DNA from: Eledone cirrhosa
Taxonomy: Eukaryota
Direction: 5' to 3'
NCBI GenBank assembly: GCA_964016885.1
Contig: OZ024741.1
Span: forward strand, 315,952,001 to 316,016,000
Length of the DNA: 64,000 nt
In this document: in pieces, positions 42,851-58,105 of the stretch
Layout of the letters: each line of letters begins with the position of its first letter
How positions within the stretch are numbered: position 1 is the stretch's first letter
Notes under the pieces: model-generated
Seen by the model: the letters and a program-made list of their open reading frames with translations, nothing else
Database searches by the model: none
What the model was told of the DNA's origin: nothing
Translations under genes and position numbers: made by a program

Positions 42851-42991
42851 TCCTTTATAAAAGCACTTTCATTTTATATTCATCTTTTCTACATTTTCTC
42901 CGGAATATAATTTATACTCGTTGAGCAAACCTACACGTACGCTGTTCATCTCTAACGTGACGATATATCACTACATTATTGATAACTTGAA

Positions 42992-43038
<47 letters not shown>

Positions 43039-43069
43039 TATATATACATATATATATATGTATATATAT

Positions 43070-43345
43070 ATAGGAAAAAATGGCGTAGACATACAATACA
43101 ACAGGGGGAAACATAATAGTACCACTGATGATGTTGCAGATGTGCAACAAAGGAACTTTGATAGACTATATATATGTATTTATATCTGTATTTTAACTGC
43201 TGTTCAATCAATGATAAACATTGATTGCCAAATGAATTAACTATGGAGATATAAAAGATACAGAAGCGAAAACCAACCAAACATTGAGTGTATTCTGTTA
43301 TTATTTCTGGCAATATTACAACGTGACCCTCCCCGAGTATAACAA
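43070..43345 (+). mobile_element. Short hammerhead-bearing repeat (family Y); inverted homolog at 55295-55590
   Basis: CTGATGA t gttgca-gatg-tgcaac AAAG (GAAA mutated); shared ends with the 55.4-kb copy. Confidence 0.7.
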
Positions 43346-43364
43346 TATATATATATATGCTGTA

Positions 43365-43416
<52 letters not shown>

Positions 43417-44239
43417 TATATTTACCTAGGCGTATAAGCATATTCCGGTCAAGTCGAAGTTACATAACAAAAGGAAGACGTTGGTCAAAAGTCATTCAAA
43501 ATGGAATTGAACCCAGAATCAAATGACCATGAAGCGATCCTTTTAAGCGCGTGGCTTGGCATGTGCCTAAGTTGATATATTTAATCAATTATGAAATTTC
43601 AATCGATTTAACGAATTCACAATCATGCTTACTAATGTTACCTTTATTATTGTATTTGTTGTTATTATTATTATTTTTTGGCCTAACAAAATCGTTTGAG
43701 CGGCGGACAAAATGCTTCTTATACTTGTAGCAATTCCCATGAAAGGAAACTCTGCCTCTCATCCTTCATAGATCGATAAAATTACATACAACCCTGTTCT
43801 GGCGTTGATTTAATCGACAGTTTCAATCACACAGACACACTCACAAATGCCGGCCTTGTGCCCAAAATAGAAACCATTATAATTGTCAACATAATAATTG
43901 TTATTTTTAATGTTTGCTTTATGTATAGTTTTGTCTTTTTCCCGTAAATTTTAATCCGATTTCTATATGGTTGCAATACAATAGCGACTGAACGTCTAAT
44001 TGACATTGAACTACACAAACTGACACACAACATAATGAAATCAATCATGTTGATTCAACGTCCAATTTCAACGCCAATATTTATTTTAATAATGAAACAC
44101 AATCCACTGTTGATACAGTGTTACAACTGAGCGGTGCTTCAACAGCGTTCAATCAACATCAAAAGATGGAATATGTATGTATATGTATATATACATGTCA
44201 GTAAACATACATAAATATACACACACACATACACACACG

Positions 44240-44271
<32 letters not shown>

Positions 44272-44358
44272 CTCACAGACACATATATATATAACATATA
44301 TATATATATATATTATTTGGGTAATTGCTGGCCTTGTGCTTAAAGTAGAAACAATGGA

Positions 44359-44563
44359 GGGTGGTGGATTGGCAGTATCGGTAGAGGGTCGGACGCCATG
44401 CTTTCCAGCATAGTTACGTCCCTTTACGATCTGAGTTCAAATCCCGCCGAGGTTGACTTTGCCTTTCATCCTTACGGGGTCGATAAAATAAAGTACCAGT
44501 AATGCACTGGGTAATTGCTGGACTTGTGCCTAAAGTAGAAACAATTATTATTATTATTGTTAT
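44359..44563 (+). mobile_element. Main SINE copy with (ATT)n tail, preceded by another SINE 3' end
   Basis: Full-length. Confidence 0.92.
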
Positions 44564-47500
44564 TATCGGTCTGTTCGGACGCTTTTCGCTCGCCCTCCAG
44601 TAAGTCGCTTTATTTGCCTGTTAAAATTATTTGTTGTTAAATATTTCTTGTTGTGTAAGCGATATAAGCCCTTAGACTTTGCCCTGTGAAGGGGCCAAAT
44701 ATTTGAACATTTTACTTTAAAAAAAAATATATATATATATTTTTTAAAAAACATGGCTGAGCCACGCCGCCAGTAATATGTCTGCTGTCGTCTGACAACG
44801 GCGTAAAAGTTGAGAGGAGGGATAGTAACACCACCACAAACAACGTGAACAAAGACAACGCTGAGAACACTAATTTTGAAAAAATTACCACACCAACTAC
44901 AACAATAACAGCGTCAACCAAAGTAGAGACAACAGAAAAAACGAGAACAAATGCAACAACGATATTAACACCACTAACAAGAAAATAAACAATGACAACA
45001 CCAACAACAACAATACAAATTGCACCGAAAACAACAACAACGGTGGCACCAAAAACACAACCAACTACAACAGTCATAACAGCAACAACATCGTTTGTAG
45101 CAGTAGCAACAGCAAAAACTCCAACAAGACTAGTAGCAGCAGTAGCGGCAGCAATAATGGTGCCGCTGAAAACGGAGCCACTTCTTTCGCAGGTGTGGCC
45201 CGAAATATAGAGACAGTGCTAGTCACGGAGGACTTGGCAGTGGTAATTGCCCCGGTGACTAGAAATGACAATAGAGTTTCCCTGAAACCTCCACCCGATT
45301 TCTTCAAAGACCAGCAGCTGCGCACGGTGACTTACTGCATCGTAAGCAAAATGTCACATCGGGTGGAGAGAGCCATGGAGGCTCAAATCCAAAAGGCCTT
45401 GGGGTGCGTCTGGGCGCGCACAACCCACATCACCCGAGGCAAAAGTACGCTACAGTAGACGTACTTTTCGCCACCCCACAAGCGGCGAAGTCTCACTCTT
45501 TGGAAACCCTAAAGAGTGAGGAGATAGTCTTGGTGCCCTCCTACTGCGGGCAGAAAATTGTGAGGGTCAAAGTGACCCAGGTCCCGCCCGACGTGCCCAT
45601 ACCTTGGCTGGCCACGTCTGTACTGGCTGGAATCGAGGAGAAGACCACCATACTACAAATACAGAGAATGGGAAGAGAGAACTGGCCAGGAATAGACATG
45701 CAAATGTTAATACAGACTGACCAGGAGTGCATCGAGGCCATCCCAGATATCATAGACCTCGAAAAAGGACTCCAGCTCCCTATAAGCGTGGAAGGAAGGC
45801 GCTCAAAGTGCTATATCTGTGGGCAGAAGGGTCATCTCAGGGCCTTCTGCCCGCAGAAGACAGCCAAGAAGAGGGCGCCCCTCCTTCCTACACCTGATCC
45901 GCTGCTACCAAGAGTAGGGCAGGCAACAGAGGCGAAGACCCTTCCATGGTGAGTAAGATGGCAACGTCCGTGGCACTCATACCTAGGCCACGGACAACTA
46001 AAGCAGCGGCAGCAGTGGCGGCAACACCAACAGTCCCAGTATCTACACCGGCGGTAAAGTCGCCGGTGCTGGCTCCACTACCACCACCAACAGCAGTGGA
46101 TCTCGTGTCCCTCCAGGACACCGTGGGGTCTGACATGGAGTGTACGGCGGGAGGGAAGTGGCAAATGGTCTGCCACAAAAAAAAAAAAAAAAGAAAATAA
46201 CCCTTAGCTTCACCCTCCAAAAGCGAAGGCAGACAAAGAGGGGTAAGGCTGCAAGGAGACTTGCAGCAACACCACCACCATCAACATCACCACCACAAGC
46301 TTCACCACCAACAACAACCACACCATCACCAGCATCATCAAAAACACCAACATCGCAAAGACAACAAAACACACACACCCAACAGCAACAACAAGAAAAC
46401 AGCAACAAAATCGCCCCTCCCCCAAAAAAGTACACAGCCATAAACATGGCAAATAAAGAACTCTTACAACATATAAAGCAGCACACAGACATCACAGAAG
46501 AAAACTACTACACCCCTCCAATACCAAGAACTCTCCCAACGAACATAAACATCATTGAAATCAAAATTACAAACTTTTAAAACAAAAATTCCCCAACGCA
46601 GTTGGAGACGTCAGAGGGTCGGTTACCAAGACGATATACACCGACATCCTCTTGGAACCACCCATGACCAGCCAAGGGGACAGTTCTACTGTCTCTTCAC
46701 CACACGATCAAGGTAAGTAATCCTTTCTCAATTACTCCGTTTCTCATCCAACATGGCCGTACTTAGAATGGGCCCGGGTGGTGGAGGCGCGACGTGCCTG
46801 ATCAAAACGGGCGCATGCTGCTCGAACCCTAGCAGATGTGTGCGGCTTTTCAACAGCACTTTGCTCAATTGTTCGGGAGCAGCAGCGGGCCGGATCGGAG
46901 TATGGATTTCGGTGCATACCTCGACGGACAGCCGCGGCTCTCGACGACCGCAGCGCAGTGCTGCGAAAAGCCGATAACAGCAGGTGAAACACGGGAAGTG
47001 ATGTCTGACTGCACGAGGGGTAAATAGCCAGGTTTGGATGGTCTGCCCTACGAGCTTTATGCGTATATGCCAGACTTGTTCGGCGACCTCTTGGCAGGCG
47101 TCAACTGCAACTGGCAGTAGAACGGGATCATTCCCAGTTTTGGGAGCCGGGGAGCGGTGCCGCTGCTGAGAAAAGACCCGAACAAGGGGGACGTTATAGA
47201 CAATTTCAGGGCCATAACTTTGCTAAACGCAGAGTTTAATATTTTGGCCAAGGTGTTAGCAAAGAGATGGCGATTGGCGCTTGTCGTCGGTGATCTGGTG
47301 GGAGAGGCGCAGATATGCGCCATTCCGGACAGATCAATCCACGACAACCTCCATCTCATGCGATTCATCATAGAGAGGGTGGTTTAGGAACCTGGCACGG
47401 GTGGGGCCCTGATCAACTTGGATCAATCTGAAGCATTTGATAGGGTCGACCATCGGTACCTGGCTTCGGGCCCGTTTTTAGGGGCTGGATCACTGCTATG

Positions 47501-48335
47501 CACAGCGGCATCTGCTTGATTGTGAGGGTGAATGGTCACCTGTCACAGCCTTTCAGCATCATGCGCTCGGTCCGCTAGGGTTGCCCCCTCTCGTTCCTCT
47601 TGTACGTACTGGCCCTAGAGCCGTTACTGCACAAATTGGAGACGATGAGAGGGGTCCCACACGAACTGGGATGCGGGAGATCCGTGTCAGTTTACGTCGA
47701 ATACATCACCGTGGTGGTGTCGAGCACCAAAGATGTCCAGATGCTCGGCACCGCTCTCAAGGAATACGAAGCAGTGACAGGAGCAACGATAATCCAGGAA
47801 AAGTCGGTGGGCTTGCAGCTCGGCACCTGGAGACGCAAGTCATGCCGTCCGACAGCGTCATGGGGCGCTGGACAGAAGTACCGGTTAATTTGCTCGGGGT
47901 CTGGTTCAGACCGGACCTCCAGAATGAGAAAAACTGGAGCGAAGTGACGAGCTGGGTGGCCTCTATCGCCCAGAAATGGGCCAAGAGGAGGCTGTCTCTG
48001 AAAGGTCGGGCAGAGGTGGCGAATGCGTACATAGCGTCCGTCATCTGCTACCGCCTGACCGTCGTACCTTGCCCCCGCCCAACTCTGACCAAAATGGAGC
48101 GCCTTCTCTTCCGCTTTTTGTGGAAGGTACGTGGTCGCCGTTTGCCAGACGCGCTTTTCCCTAGCTCGTCTCCTTGACGGAGCTGCAATCCTGGATCAGG
48201 AAAAGACCGAGGGATAGCGCTTGGAAGCTGGAATGTCTCCAAGCAATCACCGCCCTCTACCGGCTGGGCACTAGTATCGGTGGAACATCCACCTCGGCGA
48301 TCTATAGAGGGCTAGTGGAAGGAAAGAGCCACGAA
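44564..48335 (+). mobile_element. Tx1-like LINE, internally deleted and 3' truncated
   Basis: ORF1 with CYICGQKGHLRAFC knuckle; ORF2 jumps from its ATG (46753) past the whole endonuclease; RT with stops. Confidence 0.9.
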
Positions 48336-48904
48336 TAACAGAGGCAGGAATGGAGGGGGACACTCGGAGTTACAGATAAGCGCCTCAGACGTTTCAGTTT
48401 ATAGAAAAGCAAACCCTTGATACTGAAGGATGTTTTGACCCTCCGTCATGTTGTACTGTCGTAGAAAGCGCTTTAAGCTTCGTTAATTAAATGAGAAGTG
48501 GCTGTGTGAAAGAGCAATCCTTGCTCGGCAAAATATCACAGTGAATGATATCAACAAAATCTCTCACAAAATCCCTGGAGGTAGTCAGGCCTATAAATCT
48601 AGAGACGCTAAAATCATTGTATATACTGAAGTTTTGTAAATGTTATATAATTTTCGTAGAATAAATTTTTATATTATTTTCTTTATTACTTTCTGTATTT
48701 ATATATTCTAAATATACTTTTTATTATGTTATGAAATATTTAAATACCTTTTAACATATTTTGCTCAAAGGAATGTACACATTACGACAGATGACAGTAG
48801 GTGCCTTATGAATAGATTTGGGCACAGTACAGACCGGGGCGTAGGTCGTGAAGTCACTAATATGTATAAATATATGTGTGTATATGTGTGTGTTTATATA
48901 TATA

Positions 48905-50283
<1,379 letters not shown>

Positions 50284-50438
50284 CGAGCTTCGATTCATTT
50301 TTCATCTACCAAATTCACTCACACACAATTTGACAACCCCTGGCTAAAGTAGAAAATATTCAACGCACCTTTTAGTTGCACTGAAAACCAAAGTAAACTT
50401 CTTAACCGCACTTATATGCATACATTATATTTTTATAT

Positions 50439-50630
50439 AGGGCGTTGGATTGGCAGTATCGGTCGAGGGTCGGATGCCATGCTTTGCAGCAAAGAGTTAC
50501 GGCCCTTTATGGTTTGAGTTCAAATCCCGCCGAGGTTAACTTTGCCTTTCATCCTTACGGGGTCGATAAAATAAAGTACCAGTAATACACTGGAAAAATT
50601 GCTGGCCTTGTGCCAAAAGTAGAAACCATT
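50439..50630 (+). mobile_element. Main SINE copy
   Basis: Full-length. Confidence 0.92.
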
Positions 50631-51525
50631 ATATTTTTATATGTAATATATACTATAAAACATGGTGATGTACACCGAATATGTTTATAACAAAGCTAGA
50701 AATATGTTCTCATACAGAATTATTTCATTCATATTGGCTATTGATTGCCACGTAAATTTCCCACGCACTACATACTGAATCATTCAAATTTACGCCTATC
50801 ACATATTATATTCTAATTATTTACAATTATATACACTCGTTGACTCAAAAAAAGGGCGAATATGTCAAACTAGAATGACGTTGGGACAACCCAGCAAGGT
50901 TGAACTGTTTTTGTATTGCAGTGGTTGTTGTGAAGCTGCATGGTTGAGTGGTTAGAGTGTTTGTCTCATGATAGTAACGTTCGATTACAGGTGATACTTT
51001 GTGTCCTTGGGCAAAACGGAAAAAAATAATAACTGGACCTGTAATTCTAAGGACCTACCTTGTCACAAACTGCGTCATTCTGAATTTCCCTGAGAACTAC
51101 GTTAAGGCTTCACTTGTATATGGAATGCCTATTGAATTGCACCTTAATTTTACAAGCAGGCTGGAATACACATCGTCGAAACTGGTGAAGGTTCATACAG
51201 AGTGGTTGTTAAAACTGAGTTGATCCCTTAGAAATTATAACATAAAATGTTTACCCCTTTTGACACCAGTCGCCTAAAACACTCCCTCATTATATACGAA
51301 ACATATCCACCGATTTTAAAGAGTTGCTGTTGAAATTAGAACCTAACATAATTTTAAATAGTATGCCTAATTTTCCTCAGAAAACATGCTTTAAAAATTA
51401 AAAAAACCACCAAACTAATTTTTAATAAGATCCATATATTAGGTTAAAACAAATTACCTTTATAATGAAGCAGTAATTTTCGTAAAATTATCTAAATTCT
51501 TCATTAATTAATTAGGATTTAATGT

Positions 51526-51868
51526 ATAGTGTAATCTTGATTCACGAACGCCACTCATCACGACCAAATCGGTTTACGAACAATTTTTTCAGAACATAAA
51601 ACGTCTCGGTTGACAACGGTGTCTTGAGTAACAAACACGCAAGCCGACAACAACAGTTGGTGACAAGTTGGGAGTGTCGGCGGGAAAACGTCACTTCCTG
51701 GGTAGTTAATTACTATGGTGATATATATTGCCTTTAACACATAGTATTTTTCTGACTGTGTTTCTCTCTCAACATTTTGTATGGAAAAAATAGTTTCGGT
51801 TTATAATCATTTCGGATGACGAACGGCCTTCAGGAACGAATTAAGTTCGTGAACCAGGGTTCCATTAT
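51526..51868. mobile_element. pogo/Tigger-like MITE
   Basis: Imperfect TIRs TAtagtgtaatcttgattcacgaac / gttcgtgaaccagggttccattaTA. Confidence 0.6.
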
Positions 51869-52364
51869 ATTTTATATTTATACTCTGGTAGAGGTCTCCC
51901 TTTCACTTTCTTAACTGAGAATTTACTATTATTTAATTTTCTATACATAATTCTATGGCGGGGGTAGGAGGAGACGCGTTGTTGAGTTATACTCACTAAA
52001 GGGGGTGAGGGAAGTAGTTACGGAATGTTTCGATAACTCTGCTTTAATCATATTCGCCACTGCTAGCATCACTATCTTCATTAGCCCCGTCACAACCAGC
52101 TCGGTATCTACAAAAACACAACTGATATCACAACCACTAATACTATTACCACCAACACAACTACTATTAACAAGACCACTACCATCATCAAAACTACCCC
52201 AAAAACCACCACCATCAACACACCCATTACTAACACCACTACCACCACCACCACAACCATCACAATATCTACTAACAACACCATGGTGAACATCACCACA
52301 ATCTCGTACAGTCAAAAGACCAGCTAACATTTGATGCAAATGATTGATTTTGATTATAGGATAG

Positions 52365-52586
52365 CTGTGGATTGGCAGTATCGGTAGAGCGTCGGAAACC
52401 ATGCTTTACGGCATAGAGTTACGGCACTTTACGTGCTAAGTTCAACTCCCACTGGGGTTAGCTTTGCCTTTCATCCTTACGGGGTCGATATAATAAAGAA
52501 CCAATAACGCACTGCGGTTGATTTCATCGACTTGCCTCCCACCGCCCGTAAAATTGTTGGCCTTATGCCTAAATCAGAAACCATTA
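52365..52586 (+). mobile_element. Main SINE variant copy
   Basis: Head and core present, longer 3' variant as at 33875. Confidence 0.85.
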
Positions 52587-52716
52587 TATGCTAACTGTTT
52601 ATCTCATATGTATCTATAACATTTTTACATGTAAACGCACACAGACGCATTATGCATATCAAACATATATGTATACAAACAGGCACATGCTAATATAGAC
52701 ACACGCACATTATATA

Positions 52717-52950
52717 TACAAGGTGTCCCCAAAAAATTGACATCATTTCGTAGTCTAATAACAGCCAATTCTCGCTCAAATGACCTCAAAGGTCAACAAA
52801 ATGTGTAAAAACTAACCAAGTTTAATGTTAAATGTTTTCTGTATTTTTCAGGTTGAAGAATGACATTCACTAGAAATGAAAAGGCATTTTGTGTTGAATG
52901 TTTGAACACAGTCAAACAATGATGTTAATTTTTGGGGGACACACCTTATA
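52717..52950. mobile_element. Tc1/mariner-derived MITE
   Basis: TIRs TAcaaggtgtccccaaaaaattgacatcatt / aatgatgttaatttttgggggacacacctTA; a solo TIR at ~54285-54316. Confidence 0.7.
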
Positions 52951-53009
<59 letters not shown>

Positions 53010-53049
53010 TTTATATATATATATCTAGGGCGGGTAAAATTCCCGAGAT

Positions 53050-53965
53050 CTATGAACGAGTTCTCTCCAGCGGTCTCTGTCCCTCAATATCGTTACCAGT
53101 GTGTCCATGTAGGGGCTCCCACAGGAGCACTGAGTGCAATGTCAACTCTGGATGTCGGTGAGCATGTCCAGCTAACCTCAGTCTCTTCTGTGTCACTTTT
53201 GAGCTGACTTTTGGGAGGATCCCATACAGCTCTGAGTTTTTCATCCTCAGTGTATACTGATTAATGTTCAGAGCCATCCTCAGCATTCTCGTGTAGCGCC
53301 CATCCACCATCTGAGTGATTTTCTTGGTCAGTGTCCAAGTCTCAGACCCTTACAGCAGCAGAAACTCCACCACAGCAATGAAGAGGCGGATTTTCAGGTC
53401 TAACGAAGGTCCGACTTCCACACCGATCTCAAGCTGTGGCACGCCGCCCAGGCTTTGTTCTTCCTCTCAACCACATCATCTTCTGTATTCCCAATCTTTG
53501 CTCCCAAATACAGGAAGTCCTCAACCAATTCTGCGGCTTCCCGCCTACATTAGTGATCCCCTCTGGCTTCTAAACATTCTCTATCAGATATTTTGTTTTA
53601 GTCTCATTCATTCTCAGCCCCACACTCATCGACACAGTCTCAACCTCCTGCATCAAATCCTCTGCCTCCTTCACTGTATTTGCAACCAAAACTATGTCGT
53701 CGGCAAATTCAGCATCCGATATCTTTTTCGCCTTAACTCTCCTTCTCTGAGCCGGTGCTACAGTAAAGCCAGAGTTCTTGTGTTTCTCCAGTGCAAGGCG
53801 CATATAATAGTCCACTACGATGATAAAAAGGTAGAGAGCCAATGTATCTCCCTGGAGCACTCCAGCCAGTATCTCAAAGAACTCTGTCATCCATCAGGTA
53901 TAAGGGGTTTGGTGTTGGTGTAGAGCAGTGATATCAATTCACTGCCTAATGATGATCTTACAGGC
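53050..53965 (-). mobile_element. RTE-clade LINE RT fragment
   Basis: GVLQGDTLA.YLFIIVVDY, EFADDIVL, GLRMNETKT, DGRYTRMLR, RLRLAGH. Confidence 0.88.
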
Positions 53966-53985
53966 TTATGGAATCCCAAAGAAGA

Positions 53986-54049
<64 letters not shown>

Positions 54050-54316
54050 GAGTTAAACAAGATTTAATGAGTATATCAAAGAATGAGTTTTACAGTAGAT
54101 TGGAAGCACTCTATGGGGGAAATAATTTTCCAGAGTTATTAATATTAAAATACAAATATTAATAAAATAGATGTTCTGTACTGTTGTATATCCGAAATAT
54201 GTATAGTATAATGTAATTGATCAAAAGAACATCTATTTTCTTAATATTTGTATTTTAATATATATATATATCTATATATATATATACAGGTTGTCCCCCG
54301 AAAATTGACATCATTG

Positions 54317-54407
<91 letters not shown>

Positions 54408-54758
54408 TGTGTGTAGAAATAGTCTCTGGTGCTGAGACCAAGAAGACTACTATTCATGTGAGTACTCGATACATCGGGAGATGTAGAGTGGGTATAGAGA
54501 TATGTAAAATCCCGACCGTGGCGCAAAGTGGTTTCAGTTTGTTTGATCAGCACCCATACCGTAACAAGCTGAAACAAGCTGAACACACAAGCAGATGCCG
54601 CTCGGCACCACGCTCGAGATTATACATATCTCTCTCTCTCCCTCTCTCTCTCCCTCTCTGTCTCTCTCTCTCTCACTCGCTCTCTCTCTCTTTATATATA
54701 TATATATATATGTGTGTGTGTATATATATATTTATATGTATATATGTATATATATATT

Positions 54759-54789
<31 letters not shown>

Positions 54790-54911
54790 GTATATATATT
54801 TATGTATAAATATATTTATATATATATATGCATGTATATATATATTTATATATATATATGTATATATATATGTATATATATATATGTATATATATATATG
54901 TATATATATAA

Positions 54912-54967
<56 letters not shown>

Positions 54968-54974
54968 GTATATA

Positions 54975-55054
<80 letters not shown>

Positions 55055-55294
55055 AATATGTATATATATATGTATATATATGTATATATATATATGTATA
55101 TGTATATATATATTTATATGTATATATATATTTATATGTATATATTTATATATATATTTATATGTATATATTTATATATATATTTATATGTATATATATA
55201 TTTATATGTATATATTTATATATATATTTATATGTATATATTTATATATATATTTATATGTATATATATATTTATATGTATATATTTATATATA

Positions 55295-55590
55295 TATTGT
55301 TATACTTGGGGAGGGTCATATTTGTGTAATATTGCCAGAATTAATAACAGAACACACTCACCGTTTTGTTTGGTTGGTTTTCGCTTTTCGCTTCTGTGTC
55401 TTTTATATCGGTAATCTAATTTATTCGGTCCTCAATGTTGCCATTGACTGACCAACGGTCAAAAATAATACAGATACAATATAGACACAAACACATATAT
55501 ATAGTTTATCAAAGTTCTTTCGTTGCACATTTGCAACATCGTCAGTGGTGCTATTGTTTCCTCCTGTTACATTGTATGTCTAGGCCATCT
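55295..55590 (-). mobile_element. Family Y copy with hammerhead core
   Basis: Minus strand CTGACGA t gttgca-aatg-tgcaac GAAA at 55545-55518. Confidence 0.7.
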
Positions 55591-55911
55591 TTAATTAGTC
55601 TGTTTATATCTTTATTTATTTATTTGTTTGTTTGTTATCGCCGTTATATATATATTTATTTATTTATTTGTTTGTTTGATATCGCCGTTATATATATATT
55701 TATATGTATATATATATTTATATGTATATATTTATATTTATATGTATATATATATTTATATGTATATATATATTTATATATATATATATGTATATATATA
55801 TTTATATATATAAATGTTGTATATATATATTTATATATATTTATATGTATATATATATATATTTATATATATGTATATATATATTTATATATATGTATAT
55901 ATATATTTATA

Positions 55912-55998
<87 letters not shown>

Positions 55999-56030
55999 AA
56001 TAACAAAGAACGCCTATAGCATATGCATAT

Positions 56031-56088
56031 CTTTACTTGCTAACATTGTTTCATCTGCACTATAAGTGGGACTCATCAGAGCATAAAG
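56031..56088 (-). ncRNA. PLE type I hammerhead ribozyme (core intact)
   Basis: Minus strand ctttatgct CTGATGA gtcccacttatagtgcagat GAAA caatg TT agcaagtaaag. Confidence 0.7.
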
Positions 56089-56743
56089 GTTAATTACATA
56101 CCATACAAGCAATAACAAATCCAAGACATTGAAGAATGAAAAATAATAATAGACGATAAAGGATATTAAGGAAGTAAAAGTAAAAATAAAGATAAGAATA
56201 AAAATAAAAATAAAAATAAAAATAAAAATAAGAGAATAAAATAAACAATGAAAAATAAGGGGTGCTATCAGTCACAGTTGGGCGGGGTGCTGTCAACATG
56301 TAGTTACATACAAGCATACACATGGATAAGAGAACAGACAAGAGTAGATAAGATAGATAGGATTAGGTAAGAGTAGGTAAAAAATAGGTGAAAAACAGAC
56401 TTATAATATATATAAGAAAATATAAAGAAATACATAACAAACTTACATATAAAATATAAAATATACAGATAATAGTGATACAGGGTAAGGAATGAGATAA
56501 AATAATATAAAATTAAAATTAAAATTATATAAAATAGAACATAATATAATATAATCATGAAATAAGATAAAATAAGGTAAACTAAAATAAAATAAAATAG
56601 ACTAAATTAAAATAATATAATATAAGATATAATTAAATGTAATTAAATAAATAAATAAATAAATAAATAAAGTTAAATAAATAAATAAAATTAAAATTAA
56701 AATTAAAATTAAATTTAAATAAATAAATAAATAAATAAATAAG

Positions 56744-56778
<35 letters not shown>

Positions 56779-57100
56779 ATGGAATTAAATAAGTAAATAA
56801 ATAAAATTAAAACAAATAACGAAACGAAATTAAATTTCGTTTCGTTTGTAACTCACTTTTGTATGACTGACGCTTAAACAATTAAGTTAAAAATGTACAT
56901 CCACATATGTATACTGAAATACTAGTATGCATATGAATACACACACGTGTACATATGTAGATGTACCGAGTTTTTCACTGGACACTTTACTGTGAGTGTC
57001 CAGCTATTCTGTATGTAAACACACAGACAAACCGGTTTTTAGAGTCATACTGGTTTTCGAGGAAACACCTTTCCTCTATTCTCCAGAAAGCCAGACAAGG

Positions 57101-57145
57101 AATATTGGACTAGTTTCGATGTTGTTACATCTCATCAGCAATATT
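57101..57145 (-). ncRNA. Type I minimal hammerhead ribozyme, copy 1
   Basis: Reverse complement of 58061-58105. Confidence 0.92.
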
Positions 57146-57566
57146 TACCTATCTTCCGGCCTTTCTAGAGAATCGTAAAAGCACATATCGTTATATGCTT
57201 TTTCTATGAAAATTAGTAGTGGGCAGACTAATTTGCATAGAGCGTGAGTACGTACCGGTTGAGCGGAGACGATAAAAACAAATAACGAAACGAAATTAAA
57301 TTTCGTTTCGTTTGTAACTCACTTTTGTATGACTGACGCTTAAACAATTAAGTTAAAAATGTACATCCACATATGTATACTGAAATACTAGTATGCATAT
57401 GAATACACACACGTGTACATATGTAGATGTACCGAGTTTTTCACTGGACACTTTACTGTGAGTGTCCAGCTATTCTGTATGTAAACACACAGACAAACCG
57501 GTTTTTAGAGTCATACTGGTTTTCGAGGAAACACCTTTCCTCTATTCTCCAGAAAGCCAGACAAGG

Positions 57567-57611
57567 AATATTGGACTAGTTTCGATGTTGTTACATCTCA
57601 TCAGCAATATT
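57567..57611 (-). ncRNA. Type I minimal hammerhead ribozyme, copy 2
   Basis: Identical to copy 1, 466 nt away. Confidence 0.92.
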
Positions 57612-58060
57612 TACATATCTTCCGGCCTTTCTAGAGAATCGTAAAAGCACATATCGTTATATGCTTTTTCTATGAAAATTAGTAGTGGGCAGACTAATTT
57701 GCATAGAGCGTGAGTACGTACCGGTATACAGAATAGCTGGACACTCACAGTAAAGTGTCCAGTGAAAAACTCGGTACATCTACATATGTACACGTGTGTG
57801 TATTCATATGCATACTAGTATTTTAGTATACATATGTGGATGTACATTTTTAACTTAATTGTTTAAGCGTCAGTCATACAAAAGTGAGTTACAAACGAAA
57901 CGAAATTTAATTTCGTTTCGTTATTTGTTTTTATCGTCTCCGCTGAACCGGTACGTACTCACGCTCTATGCAAATTAGTCTGCCCACTACTAATTTTCAT
58001 AGAAAAAGCATATAACGATATGTGCTTTTACGATTCTCTAGAAAGGCCGGAAGATAGGTA

Positions 58061-58105
58061 AATATTGCTGATGAGATGTAACAACATCGAAACTAGTCCA
58101 ATATT
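58061..58105 (+). ncRNA. Type I minimal hammerhead ribozyme, copy 3
   Basis: AATATTG CTGATGA GATGT aaca ACATC GAAA CTAG TC CAATATT; GUC cleavage after 58098. Confidence 0.93.

Noticed and set aside
54248-56019. YIYI-rich ORFs up to 388 aa (also at 28.4-29.2, 42 and 63.5 kb)
   Set aside because: Translations of (TA)n-derived microsatellites
56996-57178. 60-aa ORF repeated three times
   Set aside because: Antisense to the ribozyme strand, GTG start, no motif; repetition only reflects the unit copies
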